DNA of 64,000 nucleotides from positions 1 to 64,000 of IMG/VR virus record IMGVR_UViG_3300039191_000589; one strand, given 5' to 3'. Numbering within the stretch: position 1 is the first letter of the stretch; each line of letters begins with the position of its first letter. Below the pieces are notes generated by a model. The model saw only the letters and a program-made list of their open reading frames with translations, had not been told where the DNA came from and made no database searches. The stretch is from a virus. Position numbers and translations under genes: made by a program. This document shows, in pieces, positions 1-8,922 of the stretch.

Positions 1-111
1 ATCTCAATATCCCTGGGGTCAGGCCCTTCCGGGTCTCTATCAGTTCCTTTCAGTAGATATAATCTAACTCTGGTAGATAATTCTTCATAATTTAAAATTT
101 TTCTGACTTCA

Positions 112-210
112 TTATAACTTACTCCATTCCAAACCTTGAACCTCTGATAATATTGTATTTTCTACTACAAAATTCCCAAATTCTTCATCGCTATACCAAA
201 TCTTAAACAT
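112..210 (-). pseudogene. Short or truncated ORF (MFKIWYSDEEFGNFVVENTILSEVQGLEWSKL*) directly downstream of the methyltransferase; possible remnant of a partner gene such as a restriction endonuclease
   Basis: Good RBS (GGGAGTG on - strand) and ATG at 210, but stop after 32 codons; co-oriented with the MTase. Confidence 0.3.
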
Positions 211-238
211 AGTTTTCACTCCCTAAAATAAATATTAC

Positions 239-1387
239 TTAATCTTTATTTTTCATTTGAAAAATATTATCTCCAAATGATTTAGCTAATAACGGAGGAA
301 CTGCTTGACCTGTTAGTACACGCCCTTGAACCATGCCTCCTTTAAATTCAAAAAAATCAGGAAAGCTTTGTAATCTTGCCCTCTCTCTAACAGTTAATCC
401 TCTTATCTGACTGGGATGCCCATATTGAAATTGCGGTCTTATTCCTCCAGAAATTATGGTAGGTGCAGGTTTATCTGGATGTAATCTTACTCTTTGTCTA
501 AACTTTTCATACATTGGTTCTCCAGGCTTAGTAGAACTTATTCTATCTATTGTGACCTGTCTATGATTAGGTGCTTTATGATTTTTTAATACTTTATTAT
601 TACTTCTCATTAATTGCTGAAAATTATTTTGAGGCATTTTTTTATATTTACTTGCTGATTCTCCTACTTTCAATTTAGGTAAATCAGAAATAGCTTCCCA
701 AACACTTATCTCTTCATCATTTTCTACCGGCCAATCTAATTGAATATCTAAATCTTTTCTAACTCCCATAAAAAACAACCTTTTCCTTTGTTGAGGAACT
801 TGATATTTTTTAGAATTTAAAACTCTAGTTTCAACATTATAATTATCATTTAAAGCTTTTTTAATAGTTTCTACAAATTCTCCATCTTTAGCTTTCTTCA
901 TTGTAGGAACATTTTCAACTATAATAAATTTAGGGTTAGTTAAATCAACAACTCTTAGAAATTCTTTAAACAAATAATTTCTTTCATCCTCATCATTTTG
1001 CTTTCTATTAGCAATTGAAAATCCCTGGCAAGGAATTCCCGCAGTAATTAATTCAATTTCTTTTCCTAAACTTGCTTCTTTAATAGCCTTCTCTAGTAAC
1101 TTATCATTTGCTTCTCTAATATCTCCAAGAATCGCATGAGCAAATTTATGATTAAATTGAAATGTTTCAATTGATGGTACATGAATATCAACTCCTAAAA
1201 CAACATCAAAACCAGCCATTGAAAGACCAGTAGAAAAACCACCTGCCCCACAAAACAAATCAATCATTGGATGGTTCGGTGCATTTTCCCTTTCTTTCAT
1301 AGATTTTAAATGTTTAGGATCTCCTTTAGAATTATAACTACTCTTTTCAACTTCAACTTCTGGATCCCAAATATTCTCTTTAGTCAT
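239..1387 (-). CDS. DNA (cytosine-5)-methyltransferase
   Basis: Motifs DLFCGAGG (I), IPCQGFS (IV, catalytic Cys), ENV (VI), QQRKR (VIII), RERARLQSFP (IX), GQAVPP (X); RBS AGGAGG. Confidence 0.95.
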   Translation of the reverse strand: MTKENIWDPEVEVEKSSYNSKGDPKHLKSMKERENAPNHPMIDLFCGAGGFSTGLSMAGFDVVLGVDIHVPSIETFQFNHKFAHAILGDIREANDKLLEKAIKEASLGKEIELITAGIPCQGFSIANRKQNDEDERNYLFKEFLRVVDLTNPKFIIVENVPTMKKAKDGEFVETIKKALNDNYNVETRVLNSKKYQVPQQRKRLFFMGVRKDLDIQLDWPVENDEEISVWEAISDLPKLKVGESASKYKKMPQNNFQQLMRSNNKVLKNHKAPNHRQVTIDRISSTKPGEPMYEKFRQRVRLHPDKPAPTIISGGIRPQFQYGHPSQIRGLTVRERARLQSFPDFFEFKGGMVQGRVLTGQAVPPLLAKSFGDNIFQMKNKD

Positions 1388-1474
1388 TTTATTTATTCCT
1401 CCTATAAATAATTAATTAAACTTTAATTCGCATACTATTTTATTATTTTCTTTATTTATTATTATATCCAATTA

Positions 1475-1487
1475 CCTGAATTATTCA
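1475..1487 (+). repeat. Left inverted repeat of the IS
   Basis: CCTGAATTATTCA; reverse complement at 3118-3130. Confidence 0.9.
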
Positions 1488-1645
1488 CGGTAATTTAAAA
1501 AATAGTGTTTCGAATCGCATAGTTCCTGCATTTTTAAATATTCTTTCTTTCACTTAAAAAGTGATGCAAAAAACAATAGAAAAAGGGCTCCTCTTTTGAT
1601 AAAATGAAGTTAGTAAATAAACATTCACACAAAGGAGGAATCCTT

Positions 1646-2968
1646 ATGTCTAGTTTAAGTGAACTTCAGTTAAAAAGCAATAGTAAAATCAAAATAAATT
1701 TTAATGGAGGAGATTTATCCTCTGATTCTGGGCTTCTTTTAATCAAGGAGTTCGCCCATAAAATTGGTTTAAATAAGCTAATTAATAAAACTTTTAAGAC
1801 TAATGATACCTCAAAAGATCGTTTTCACAAAGATGATGAAAATCTTCGTCAAATGATATATCAGATTTTGGCAGGTTACTTCAATGATAACGATGCTGAT
1901 GAGCTAACAGATGAACCGATTTTCAAACGTATCCTTGAAAAACCTTCTTTAGCATCACAGCCTACTTTATCACGTTTTTTCAATCGTATGGATGAAGATA
2001 CCCTAAAGCAATTTAATGAAATTTGCAAAAAATTACGCGCCTTGGTTTACAAGATTGAATCTCCAGAAATGGTGTTATTAGATCTTGATTCAACTTTACT
2101 AAATACTTATGGCAAACAAGAAGGAGAAGGTTTTAATTATCACTACAGTTCCCATGGATACCATCCTTTACTCTGCTATGATGGTTTAACTGGTGATTTA
2201 CTAAAAGCAGAACTTAGAGATGGTACAGTATATACATCTAATGGTGTTGTAGAATTTATGCAACCTCTTTTAGATGAATACTTTCAAGATTATGAAGATA
2301 TTTCTTTGTATCTTAGAGGTGATAGCGGTTTTGCAACACCAGATTTATTTAAACAATGTGAATGCAATGGTGTTTCATATGCTATTAGATTAAAAGCCAA
2401 TCAGAATCTTTATAAGTTAGCAAGCCATGCAGAATATAAAATGGCTGAACTTACTGAAAAAAATCTAGTTGATTACGCTGTTGTGTATGATGAATTCTTT
2501 TATCAAGCTAGTAGTTGGGATTATCCAAGACGCGTTGTCGTTAAAGTTGAGAAACCAGCTAATCAGTTAACATATCAATATTCATTCATTGTTACTAATA
2601 TGGATTTGATACCTGAAGAGATCCTAAAGTACTACTGTAATCGTGGTACGATGGAGAACTTTATTAAAGAATGTAAGAACGGTTTTGATTTTTCATCAAC
2701 AGGAAGTAGAAGCAAAATAGTTAATGCTAATCGTTTACAACTTCATGTTTTAACATATAATTTATTCAATTATTTTAGACGTATAGTTTTACCTGAAAGC
2801 ATGAGAAAAATGCAGATAGATACCATTCGTTTAAAACTGATTAAAATTGCTTCAAAGGTAATCAAATCAGCAAGATATATTTATTTTAAACTGTGTAGTA
2901 GCTGTCCTTATCAAAACGAATTCTATAAAGTTGTAGAAAATATAAGGTTGCTTCCACAATTAGAATAA
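1646..2968 (+). CDS. tnp: IS1380-family DDE transposase
   Basis: F.GG.LSSDSGL N-terminus, LASQPTLSRF, LDLDST, YHPL, LRGDSGF, Y..RG..EN.IKE.K motifs; ATG 1646 follows AAGGAGG (track start 1604). Confidence 0.93.
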   Translation: MSSLSELQLKSNSKIKINFNGGDLSSDSGLLLIKEFAHKIGLNKLINKTFKTNDTSKDRFHKDDENLRQMIYQILAGYFNDNDADELTDEPIFKRILEKPSLASQPTLSRFFNRMDEDTLKQFNEICKKLRALVYKIESPEMVLLDLDSTLLNTYGKQEGEGFNYHYSSHGYHPLLCYDGLTGDLLKAELRDGTVYTSNGVVEFMQPLLDEYFQDYEDISLYLRGDSGFATPDLFKQCECNGVSYAIRLKANQNLYKLASHAEYKMAELTEKNLVDYAVVYDEFFYQASSWDYPRRVVVKVEKPANQLTYQYSFIVTNMDLIPEEILKYYCNRGTMENFIKECKNGFDFSSTGSRSKIVNANRLQLHVLTYNLFNYFRRIVLPESMRKMQIDTIRLKLIKIASKVIKSARYIYFKLCSSCPYQNEFYKVVENIRLLPQLE

Positions 2969-3117
2969 TACTAAATAATGAACCTTGAAAACTCAAAAAT
3001 GCTAAAGCGATAACTGTAGGATAAGTCTGCCTTCGTCATGGAAAATATTGGTTAATTAGAAAGCGATAATCTTTAAAAAAGAGTCGCGAACTGATTTTAG
3101 GGTAAATCATAGACTCA

Positions 3118-3130
3118 TGAATAATTCAGG
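3118..3130 (-). repeat. Right inverted repeat of the IS
   Basis: TGAATAATTCAGG. Confidence 0.9.
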
Positions 3131-3194
3131 TATAATTAAGAAAGGTAATATTGATAAGGACTAAATTTAAAAAAATAATTTGGAGGTTGATAAT

Positions 3195-3455
3195 ATGGTA
3201 ACTTATTTAGATGTTTTAAATACTTTTTTAGAAAAGGGTTATAATAAAATGGTTAAATCAAGAACTTTAACAGGAGATGATTTAACTATTGAGGATGAAA
3301 TTTATATGCTTGATGAAGATAGTATAGAAGCTAAAGAAAAAGTAGTATGGCAAAAAGTTGAAAATAGTCATTTACAAAGAACATTTGTTTATATTAGATC
3401 TATTAGTGAATCAGGAAGAATTGAAGAACCAATAGCAATTATTGAAATAGAATAA
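3195..3455 (+). CDS. Hypothetical early phage protein
   Basis: ATG after TTGGAGGTTGATAAT RBS; track start 3180 is the TTG inside the RBS. Confidence 0.75.
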   Translation: MVTYLDVLNTFLEKGYNKMVKSRTLTGDDLTIEDEIYMLDEDSIEAKEKVVWQKVENSHLQRTFVYIRSISESGRIEEPIAIIEIE

Positions 3456-3458
3456 AAG

Positions 3459-3481
3459 AGAGGGATTAATTTCCCTCTTTT
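3459..3481 (+). terminator. Rho-independent terminator
   Basis: AGAGGGA/TCCCTCT stem followed by T tract. Confidence 0.7.
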
Positions 3482-3504
3482 AGTTTTAAAAAAGAGGTGA
3501 TAAA

Positions 3505-3741
3505 ATGAAAAATAATAAAGAGACTCTTAATAATATAAAATCAATAAAGGAATTAGTAGAAAATGAAGTATTATGTGATTATTGTTTTTGTACAGATTTT
3601 GGAACACAGAAAGTAAATACAAATCCAAAAAATATGTGTTTTGGTGAACATTGTGAAGAAACATATGAAGATTATATTTATGATGAATATGGGGAAAAGA
3701 TTTATGATTCATATATATTAATAAATAAATTAAAAAAATAA
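3505..3741 (+). CDS. Small Cys-containing protein with family-type C-terminal tail (DSYILINKLKK)
   Basis: RBS AGAGGTGA; CDYCFC...CFGEHC. Confidence 0.7.
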   Translation: MKNNKETLNNIKSIKELVENEVLCDYCFCTDFGTQKVNTNPKNMCFGEHCEETYEDYIYDEYGEKIYDSYILINKLKK

Positions 3742-3754
3742 TTTTAAAAAACTG

Positions 3755-3783
3755 TTTACATTTCCATTAAAATGTGGTATAAT
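3755..3783 (+). promoter_or_regulatory. Early sigmaA-type promoter, cassette copy 1
   Basis: TTTACA-17nt-TATAAT with extended -10 TG, followed by ATAATTAGAA. Confidence 0.8.
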
Positions 3784-3833
3784 ATAATTAGAAAGTAAGA
3801 AAATAAATAAAAAATAAATGGAGGTTGATAATT

Positions 3834-4211
3834 ATGGTAGAAAATGTAAAAGTTGGAGAGGTATATTATATTATTAATAATTATGATGGAGAAGTACAAG
3901 AACTCAAAATTGAGGAACATATACCAGCTAAAAATAACCAAAGAGAATATTGGAATGGTGATGTATTAAATACTCCATATCACCAAGGGGCTTATAAAGA
4001 AATGCTTTTTAAAACCAAAGAGGAGGCAATTAGACATCGCAAAGCTGAAAAAGAGAAAGACCTTAATAATCTAAGAAAAGCTGTTGAAACTCCTGAAAAA
4101 ACATTAGAATTTTTATTTAATAATTTTAAGCATGATGAGTATAATACTGATAAAAAAAATAATATCGTTAAAGAAAAAATAAGAGACCATTTTGGAATTG
4201 AATTAAATTAA
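3834..4211 (+). CDS. Hypothetical early protein
   Basis: RBS GGAGG, ATG 3834; contains LFKTKEEA. Confidence 0.75.
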   Translation: MVENVKVGEVYYIINNYDGEVQELKIEEHIPAKNNQREYWNGDVLNTPYHQGAYKEMLFKTKEEAIRHRKAEKEKDLNNLRKAVETPEKTLEFLFNNFKHDEYNTDKKNNIVKEKIRDHFGIELN

Positions 4212-4228
4212 TTAAGGGGGTAGATAAT

Positions 4229-4471
4229 ATGGATAATGAAATTGAAAATTTACGATATGATATTGAAGCTACTTTGGAGGATGAAAGTGTAATTGAATTA
4301 GAAATAACATTAAAAAATGGAAAAAATATTAAAGTTCCTAGAGATAATTGTGATCCTGTTACTAATATTTTTATTGGCCTTGATCCTAAAGGTCATAGTG
4401 TTAAATTTAATATTAGACAGATTGATAAAGTTAAACCAATTCATGATAATGCACTTCGTTATAAGTATTAA
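4229..4471 (+). CDS. Hypothetical protein
   Basis: RBS AAGGGGG-TAGATAAT-ATG. Confidence 0.7.
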   Translation: MDNEIENLRYDIEATLEDESVIELEITLKNGKNIKVPRDNCDPVTNIFIGLDPKGHSVKFNIRQIDKVKPIHDNALRYKY

Positions 4472-4510
4472 GATTAATATTATATTTTTTTAATTATTTT
4501 AAAAAAAGCC

Positions 4511-4539
4511 TTTACAAAATGCATATAATATGGTATAAT
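4511..4539 (+). promoter_or_regulatory. Early promoter cassette copy 2 (no gene before the next promoter)
   Basis: TTTACA-17-TATAAT, TGG extended -10. Confidence 0.8.
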
Positions 4540-4609
4540 ATAATTAGAAAAGGTAATAGGGAAACAGGAAATATTATATCATATTTTTTTAATTATTTTT
4601 AAAAAAGCC

Positions 4610-4638
4610 TTTACAAATTAATTAAAGTGTGGTATAAT
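4610..4638 (+). promoter_or_regulatory. Early promoter cassette copy 3
   Basis: TTTACA-17-TATAAT then ATAATTAGAAGGTAAGGA. Confidence 0.8.
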
Positions 4639-4691
4639 ATAATTAGAAGGTAAGGAAAAGGAATTAAAAAAATAACTTGGAGGTAGATAAT

Positions 4692-4958
4692 ATGGATAAA
4701 ATAAAAAAAGCACATTTAAAAGTTGCTAAAACAATTGTAGAAGAACACAATATGGAAATTATGAAAGAATATGATTATGATATGACACAATGTGAAGATC
4801 AAATTGCTACAGTTACTACTAATGGATTTAATTTATGGAATATTTTTGAAGATGAAACTGGTAGAAAATCTGTTGATCCTTTTGAGTATTATGATAAATT
4901 TGTAGTATTAGATTTTATTTCAGATTATCATGAAAAAGTAGTAATGACACAAATTTAA
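4692..4958 (+). CDS. Hypothetical early protein
   Basis: ATG after TTGGAGGTAGATAAT. Confidence 0.75.
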   Translation: MDKIKKAHLKVAKTIVEEHNMEIMKEYDYDMTQCEDQIATVTTNGFNLWNIFEDETGRKSVDPFEYYDKFVVLDFISDYHEKVVMTQI

Positions 4959-4963
4959 TTATA

Positions 4964-4985
4964 TATGGGGATTAATTTCCCCATA
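4964..4985 (+). terminator. Terminator-like hairpin
   Basis: TATGGGGA/TCCCCATA stem. Confidence 0.6.
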
Positions 4986-5013
4986 ATTAATTTTAATTAT
5001 TTTTAAAAAACTG

Positions 5014-5042
5014 TTTACATTTCCATTAAAATATGGTATAAT
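5014..5042 (+). promoter_or_regulatory. Early promoter cassette copy 4
   Basis: TTTACA-17-TATAAT. Confidence 0.8.
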
Positions 5043-5089
5043 ATAATTAGAAGGTAAGGATTTAATAAAAAAACTTGGAGGTAGATAAT

Positions 5090-5689
5090 ATGGGACGAGG
5101 AATTGGTTATAGTCATGATTATTTTATTTTATTGGATGAAACTAGTCAATATTTTATGGAAATGGACCATTATATAGCTCAACAGAAATTTGATGAAATT
5201 CAAAATAACTTTATTAATTGTTTTAATGCTTATGAATTTAATAAAAATAAACCTACTGGGAAACGAGATGCTTGGTATATTGGAGAAAATATGGATAAAG
5301 GAATTAAATTAGGAATTGATACCACAGGATCAATCCCAGCATTTTTTGTAGAAATTAGTTGTGAAGATAATATTGAATATTTTAATGATTTAAAAGAAGA
5401 GATTAAGTCCAATAAAGAATTAATTAAAAAATTTGAAAAACAAGAAAAAGAATTAATGATTACAAAAGCTAAATTTCCAGATCAAGATGATTTTTATGAT
5501 GATTTACAAGATCGTGTGGAATATAGAATTGAAAGTAGAGCTGACTATTTAAAAGAAGAAAAAATTGAAGAAAAGATAGAATTTATTAGAGAATCATTTG
5601 ATAAATTAATCAATTTATATCCAATAGGAATATTCAAAAAACCAACTTCAAGATATACTACTACTACTCTTAAAAAATATAGTGTGTAA
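5090..5689 (+). CDS. Hypothetical early protein with coiled-coil C-terminal half
   Basis: ATG after TTGGAGGTAGATAAT. Confidence 0.75.
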   Translation: MGRGIGYSHDYFILLDETSQYFMEMDHYIAQQKFDEIQNNFINCFNAYEFNKNKPTGKRDAWYIGENMDKGIKLGIDTTGSIPAFFVEISCEDNIEYFNDLKEEIKSNKELIKKFEKQEKELMITKAKFPDQDDFYDDLQDRVEYRIESRADYLKEEKIEEKIEFIRESFDKLINLYPIGIFKKPTSRYTTTTLKKYSV

Positions 5690-5741
5690 AATATAGTGGG
5701 TGAAATTCCCTCTTTTTATTTTAATTATTTTTAAAAAACTG

Positions 5742-5770
5742 TTTACAAATCATTAAATTTATGGTATAAT
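5742..5770 (+). promoter_or_regulatory. Early promoter cassette copy 5
   Basis: TTTACA-17-TATAAT. Confidence 0.8.
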
Positions 5771-5830
5771 ATAATTAGAAGGTAAGGAAAAAGGAAAGGA
5801 AATTAAAAAAATATTTGGGGGGTAGATAAT

Positions 5831-6193
5831 ATGAAAAAGCAAATTATTATTACTTTAATCTTATTAATAGCATTTACTGGGATTTGTCAAGCTAAACAAA
5901 CTACTGTAGAATTAAATGGTAAACCTAAAGCATATATTCATTATCATGGTAAAGAAGCTACAAAATATGTATTAGATAAAGTAATTTGGAAAAATAATAG
6001 TATTAAAGATGTTAAGTATAAGCCAATTAAAACTTTTACTCTTAAAGATAATCAATATGGAAAAACTTATTTAGGTAAAGAGTTTATAGCAACTAAAATA
6101 GTTATTATTGATACAGAAAAAATTAATAAAAGTCGAACAACTAAAAGATTAAAATCATATAATTATAATAAAGATAAAGGTTTTTATGAATAA
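5831..6193 (+). CDS. Exported protein with predicted signal peptide
   Basis: MKK + hydrophobic stretch + CQA cleavage-like site. Confidence 0.7.
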   Translation: MKKQIIITLILLIAFTGICQAKQTTVELNGKPKAYIHYHGKEATKYVLDKVIWKNNSIKDVKYKPIKTFTLKDNQYGKTYLGKEFIATKIVIIDTEKINKSRTTKRLKSYNYNKDKGFYE

Positions 6194-6206
6194 TTTTAAA
6201 AAACTG

Positions 6207-6235
6207 TTTACAAAACAATTAAAATATGGTATAAT
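6207..6235 (+). promoter_or_regulatory. Early promoter cassette copy 6
   Basis: TTTACA-17-TATAAT. Confidence 0.8.
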
Positions 6236-6281
6236 ATAATTAGAAGGTAAGGATTTAATAAAAAACTTGGAGGTAGATAAT

Positions 6282-6629
6282 ATGGATTTTGAAGAAAAAT
6301 TTGAATTATTAGTGGATGGTGAAGGATTAATAGTAGTTGGTAATAAAGATGATTTAAAAAAAATATCTAATAAAGCTAAAGAAATTTATAAAGAAGGTAA
6401 AAGTTTTTTTGATATACTAGGTTATACAAATGAAAATTTAGAGGTTGAATTAGATAATTTTAATGAAGATCATCATATTACAATTAATTTACCACATTGT
6501 AATATTAATGAATTATATAATTCTTATTTATTTATTGGTGGACCAGCCTATCCTGAACACAATAAATATGAAAAACTATTAGAAAAATCTACAGATCTTA
6601 TGGAAAAAATTAAAAATAATAGATCATAA
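6282..6629 (+). CDS. Hypothetical early protein
   Basis: ATG after TTGGAGGTAGATAAT. Confidence 0.75.
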   Translation: MDFEEKFELLVDGEGLIVVGNKDDLKKISNKAKEIYKEGKSFFDILGYTNENLEVELDNFNEDHHITINLPHCNINELYNSYLFIGGPAYPEHNKYEKLLEKSTDLMEKIKNNRS

Positions 6630-6633
6630 ATAT

Positions 6634-6660
6634 AAGAGGGTGAAATTCCCTCTTTATTAT
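6634..6660 (+). terminator. Rho-independent terminator
   Basis: AAGAGGG/CCCTCTT stem followed by T-rich tail. Confidence 0.65.
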
Positions 6661-6680
6661 TTATTAGGAGGTAGATAATA

Positions 6681-6932
6681 ATGACGATAGGTGCAACTGG
6701 AGAAGTTGAAATAAAACAAGACAAAAATGGATATTGGTTATGTGTTAATGGGGGATCATATCATAATCAATTTTTAGGAATATCTCCACAGGAATATAGA
6801 GAAATATTATATAATTACAATGGAAAATTAAATACTAAAAATTATGTAGTATATTTTAAAAACAAACAAAATATTAAACGGGCAAAACAAAAAATTGAAC
6901 AAATAGTAATAATGAACAAACTAAAAAAGTAA
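6681..6932 (+). CDS. Small paralog-family protein (family P)
   Basis: LGISPQEYREIL...YFKNKQNIKRAKQKIEQIVIMNKL. Confidence 0.8.
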   Translation: MTIGATGEVEIKQDKNGYWLCVNGGSYHNQFLGISPQEYREILYNYNGKLNTKNYVVYFKNKQNIKRAKQKIEQIVIMNKLKK

Positions 6933-6955
6933 AATTTTTATTTTTTTAAAAAGCC

Positions 6956-6984
6956 TTTACAAATTATTAAATTTATGGTATAAT
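6956..6984 (+). promoter_or_regulatory. Early promoter cassette copy 7
   Basis: TTTACA-17-TATAAT. Confidence 0.8.
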
Positions 6985-7033
6985 ATAATTAGAAGGTAAG
7001 GAAAAAGAATTAAAAAACTTGGGGGTAGATACC

Positions 7034-7288
7034 ATGTTTAAAGTAAATGGCTTTTTAATTGACAATAATTTTAAAAAGATTAATTCAAATTTTAGTCAAG
7101 GAGATATTAATTGGATAAATGAAGAGCATGATTTAAAAGTTAATTTATGTAAAAAGAATGATAACCCTATATTATCCTTATATCAAAATGATGTATTTAT
7201 AGCTGAATATTATCTTTCAAATAATAAAAATTGTCAAAAATATAAGGATTTTAAAAGCGATTTAAAATTAATTATGTATAAATGGTAA
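7034..7288 (+). CDS. Hypothetical early protein
   Basis: ATG after TTGGGGGTAGATACC. Confidence 0.7.
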   Translation: MFKVNGFLIDNNFKKINSNFSQGDINWINEEHDLKVNLCKKNDNPILSLYQNDVFIAEYYLSNNKNCQKYKDFKSDLKLIMYKW

Positions 7289-7329
7289 TTAATAACAATT
7301 TTAATATTTGTTATTAATAATAATTAAAT

Positions 7330-7358
7330 TTTACAAACTATATAACTTATGTTATAAT
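7330..7358 (+). promoter_or_regulatory. SigmaA-type promoter upstream of the non-coding hairpin island
   Basis: TTTACA-17-TATAAT with TG. Confidence 0.65.
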
Positions 7359-7457
7359 ATAAATTGTATTAAACACTACTTAGAACATACTTAAAATCAA
7401 TCCAGTTGTTATCTAGTACATAATATAGTAATATATAAGGTATATATACCGCAATTA

Positions 7458-7512
7458 GAGAAGGCCTTAGAAAAAAACTAAGGCCTTCTCAGAGGGTTGC
7501 ACCAATCCCTCT
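7458..7512. other. Two adjacent GC-rich hairpins in a 370-bp non-coding gap
   Basis: GAGAAGGCCTTAG-A7-CTAAGGCCTTCTC (13-bp perfect stem) then AGAGGG...CCCTCT. Confidence 0.6.
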
Positions 7513-7660
7513 CGTACACCATATAAAATTTTAGCCAATTTTTTTACACTTCAATAGTGCATTTAAAAAAATTTCAAGAAAAAAATAAGCCAATTTTTTT
7601 ACACTTTATGTATTTTATTAAGAATTTAATAAATAATTCCATAGGAAAGGATGAGGAGCA

Positions 7661-7942
7661 TTGATAAAAAATTTAGAAATAGTAACAACGAGAATGGAAG
7701 ATAATAAGTATATTATTATGTTAAGAAATATAGAAACAAATAAGTTAATAGAGTGGGATAAAAGTATAGCAGAAAATTTAGGGGTTAGATTGGAATTTTA
7801 TCAACATAAATTAAAAAGTTATGGGGCAAAACAAATGGCTTTTATAGATCAACTACATTTTGAAACAAAAGAAAGTATAAGTAGAGCAAAAAAGTGGATA
7901 GAATCAATTTTAATGTCAAGAACATTTAAGAGGGGTCTTTAA
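7661..7942 (+). CDS. Family P protein
   Basis: DKSIAENLGV...FETKESISRAKKWIESIL; TTG start. Confidence 0.8.
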   Translation: MIKNLEIVTTRMEDNKYIIMLRNIETNKLIEWDKSIAENLGVRLEFYQHKLKSYGAKQMAFIDQLHFETKESISRAKKWIESILMSRTFKRGL

Positions 7943-7983
7943 AGAGATTCCTCTTTTTTATTTTAATTGTTTTTAAAAATATA

Positions 7984-8012
7984 TTTACAAAATATAAAAA
8001 TGTTGATATAAT
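7984..8012 (+). promoter_or_regulatory. SigmaA-type promoter
   Basis: TTTACA-17-TATAAT. Confidence 0.7.
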
Positions 8013-8035
8013 AAAATATAAGGAGGGATATAATA

Positions 8036-8329
8036 ATGCAAGTAAAAATAAAACGATATAATCCTAGAGAATATTATATAGTGATAAAAACAAAAATGGC
8101 AATGAATGATTTAATCTTAGATTATGAAATATCTAAAAAATTAAATCTAACAAAAGAAAAATATCGTCAAAAAATAAGAAATATAGTAAAAGATAATAGC
8201 TATATAGGAAGATTAAGTGGGGATATAATATTTTCAAATAAATCTGATGCTAAAAAAGTAAAAGAATGGATAGAATCAATATTGTTAATAAAAAAAATGG
8301 AGGAGGATAAAAATGAAATATCACGCTAA
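8036..8329 (+). CDS. Family P protein
   Basis: DYEISKKLNL...FSNKSDAKKVKEWIESILLIKK. Confidence 0.8.
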   Translation: MQVKIKRYNPREYYIVIKTKMAMNDLILDYEISKKLNLTKEKYRQKIRNIVKDNSYIGRLSGDIIFSNKSDAKKVKEWIESILLIKKMEEDKNEISR

Positions 8330-8918
8330 TATTGGACAAAAAATAAATGGAGTATATTATATATATTTAAGCTTTGATAAGGGAAATAAAATACCTTTTG
8401 ATGGATTTCAACAATATGGAGCAATGATTGATAAACATATAGCTGAAAAATTAAATATTTCTTATGAAGAGTACCATAATAAATTATTAAGTTATAATGG
8501 ACAATATAAACCTGATGAATATGATAAGCACCATGTATATTTTGAACATAAATATGATGTTAAAAGAGCGTTAAAGTGGGTAGAATCATTAATAATAGCA
8601 AAAAAATGGAGGGAGAAGTTAGTGGATAATATTAAAATTGAAATACAAAAAGTATTAGATAATTATATGATAATATTAAATGAAAATAACAATGATGAAT
8701 ATTATGTAGCTGATATACAAATAGCTGTTTATTTAAATATATATAATGATGAATATCAAAATCTTTTATTGAAAGTAGGAGGGCATAAAGCAGGAGGTAA
8801 AGGGGATATAATGTTTAATAATAAAGAAGATGCAAAAAAAGCAAAGGAATTAATACAATCATTATTATATACTAAAAATATGAGAGAAGAATTAATGTTA
8901 ATTAATAAAGGGGGATAA
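8313..8918 (+). CDS. Family P protein with two tandem domains (possibly two genes joined by a 1-nt loss in an A7 run)
   Basis: Two full motif copies; internal GGAGGG RBS and in-frame GTG at 8622. Confidence 0.75.
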   Translation: MKYHANIGQKINGVYYIYLSFDKGNKIPFDGFQQYGAMIDKHIAEKLNISYEEYHNKLLSYNGQYKPDEYDKHHVYFEHKYDVKRALKWVESLIIAKKWREKLVDNIKIEIQKVLDNYMIILNENNNDEYYVADIQIAVYLNIYNDEYQNLLLKVGGHKAGGKGDIMFNNKEDAKKAKELIQSLLYTKNMREELMLINKGG

Positions 8919-8922
8919 AAAT

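Larger units (their letters stand above)
1475..3130 (+). mobile_element. IS1380-family insertion sequence
   Basis: 13-bp perfect terminal inverted repeats CCTGAATTATTCA (1475-1487 / 3118-3130) enclosing one DDE transposase; no flanking direct repeat seen. Confidence 0.9.

Noticed and set aside
3180-7033. Shared N-terminal peptide MEVDNM/MGVDTM in track ORFs 3180, 4677, 5075, 6267, 7019
   Set aside because: It is the translated RBS (TTG GAG GTA GAT AAT ATG); true starts are the downstream ATGs
3131-7035. Integron cassette array
   Set aside because: Repeats are promoters/RBSs, not attC palindromes; no integrase present
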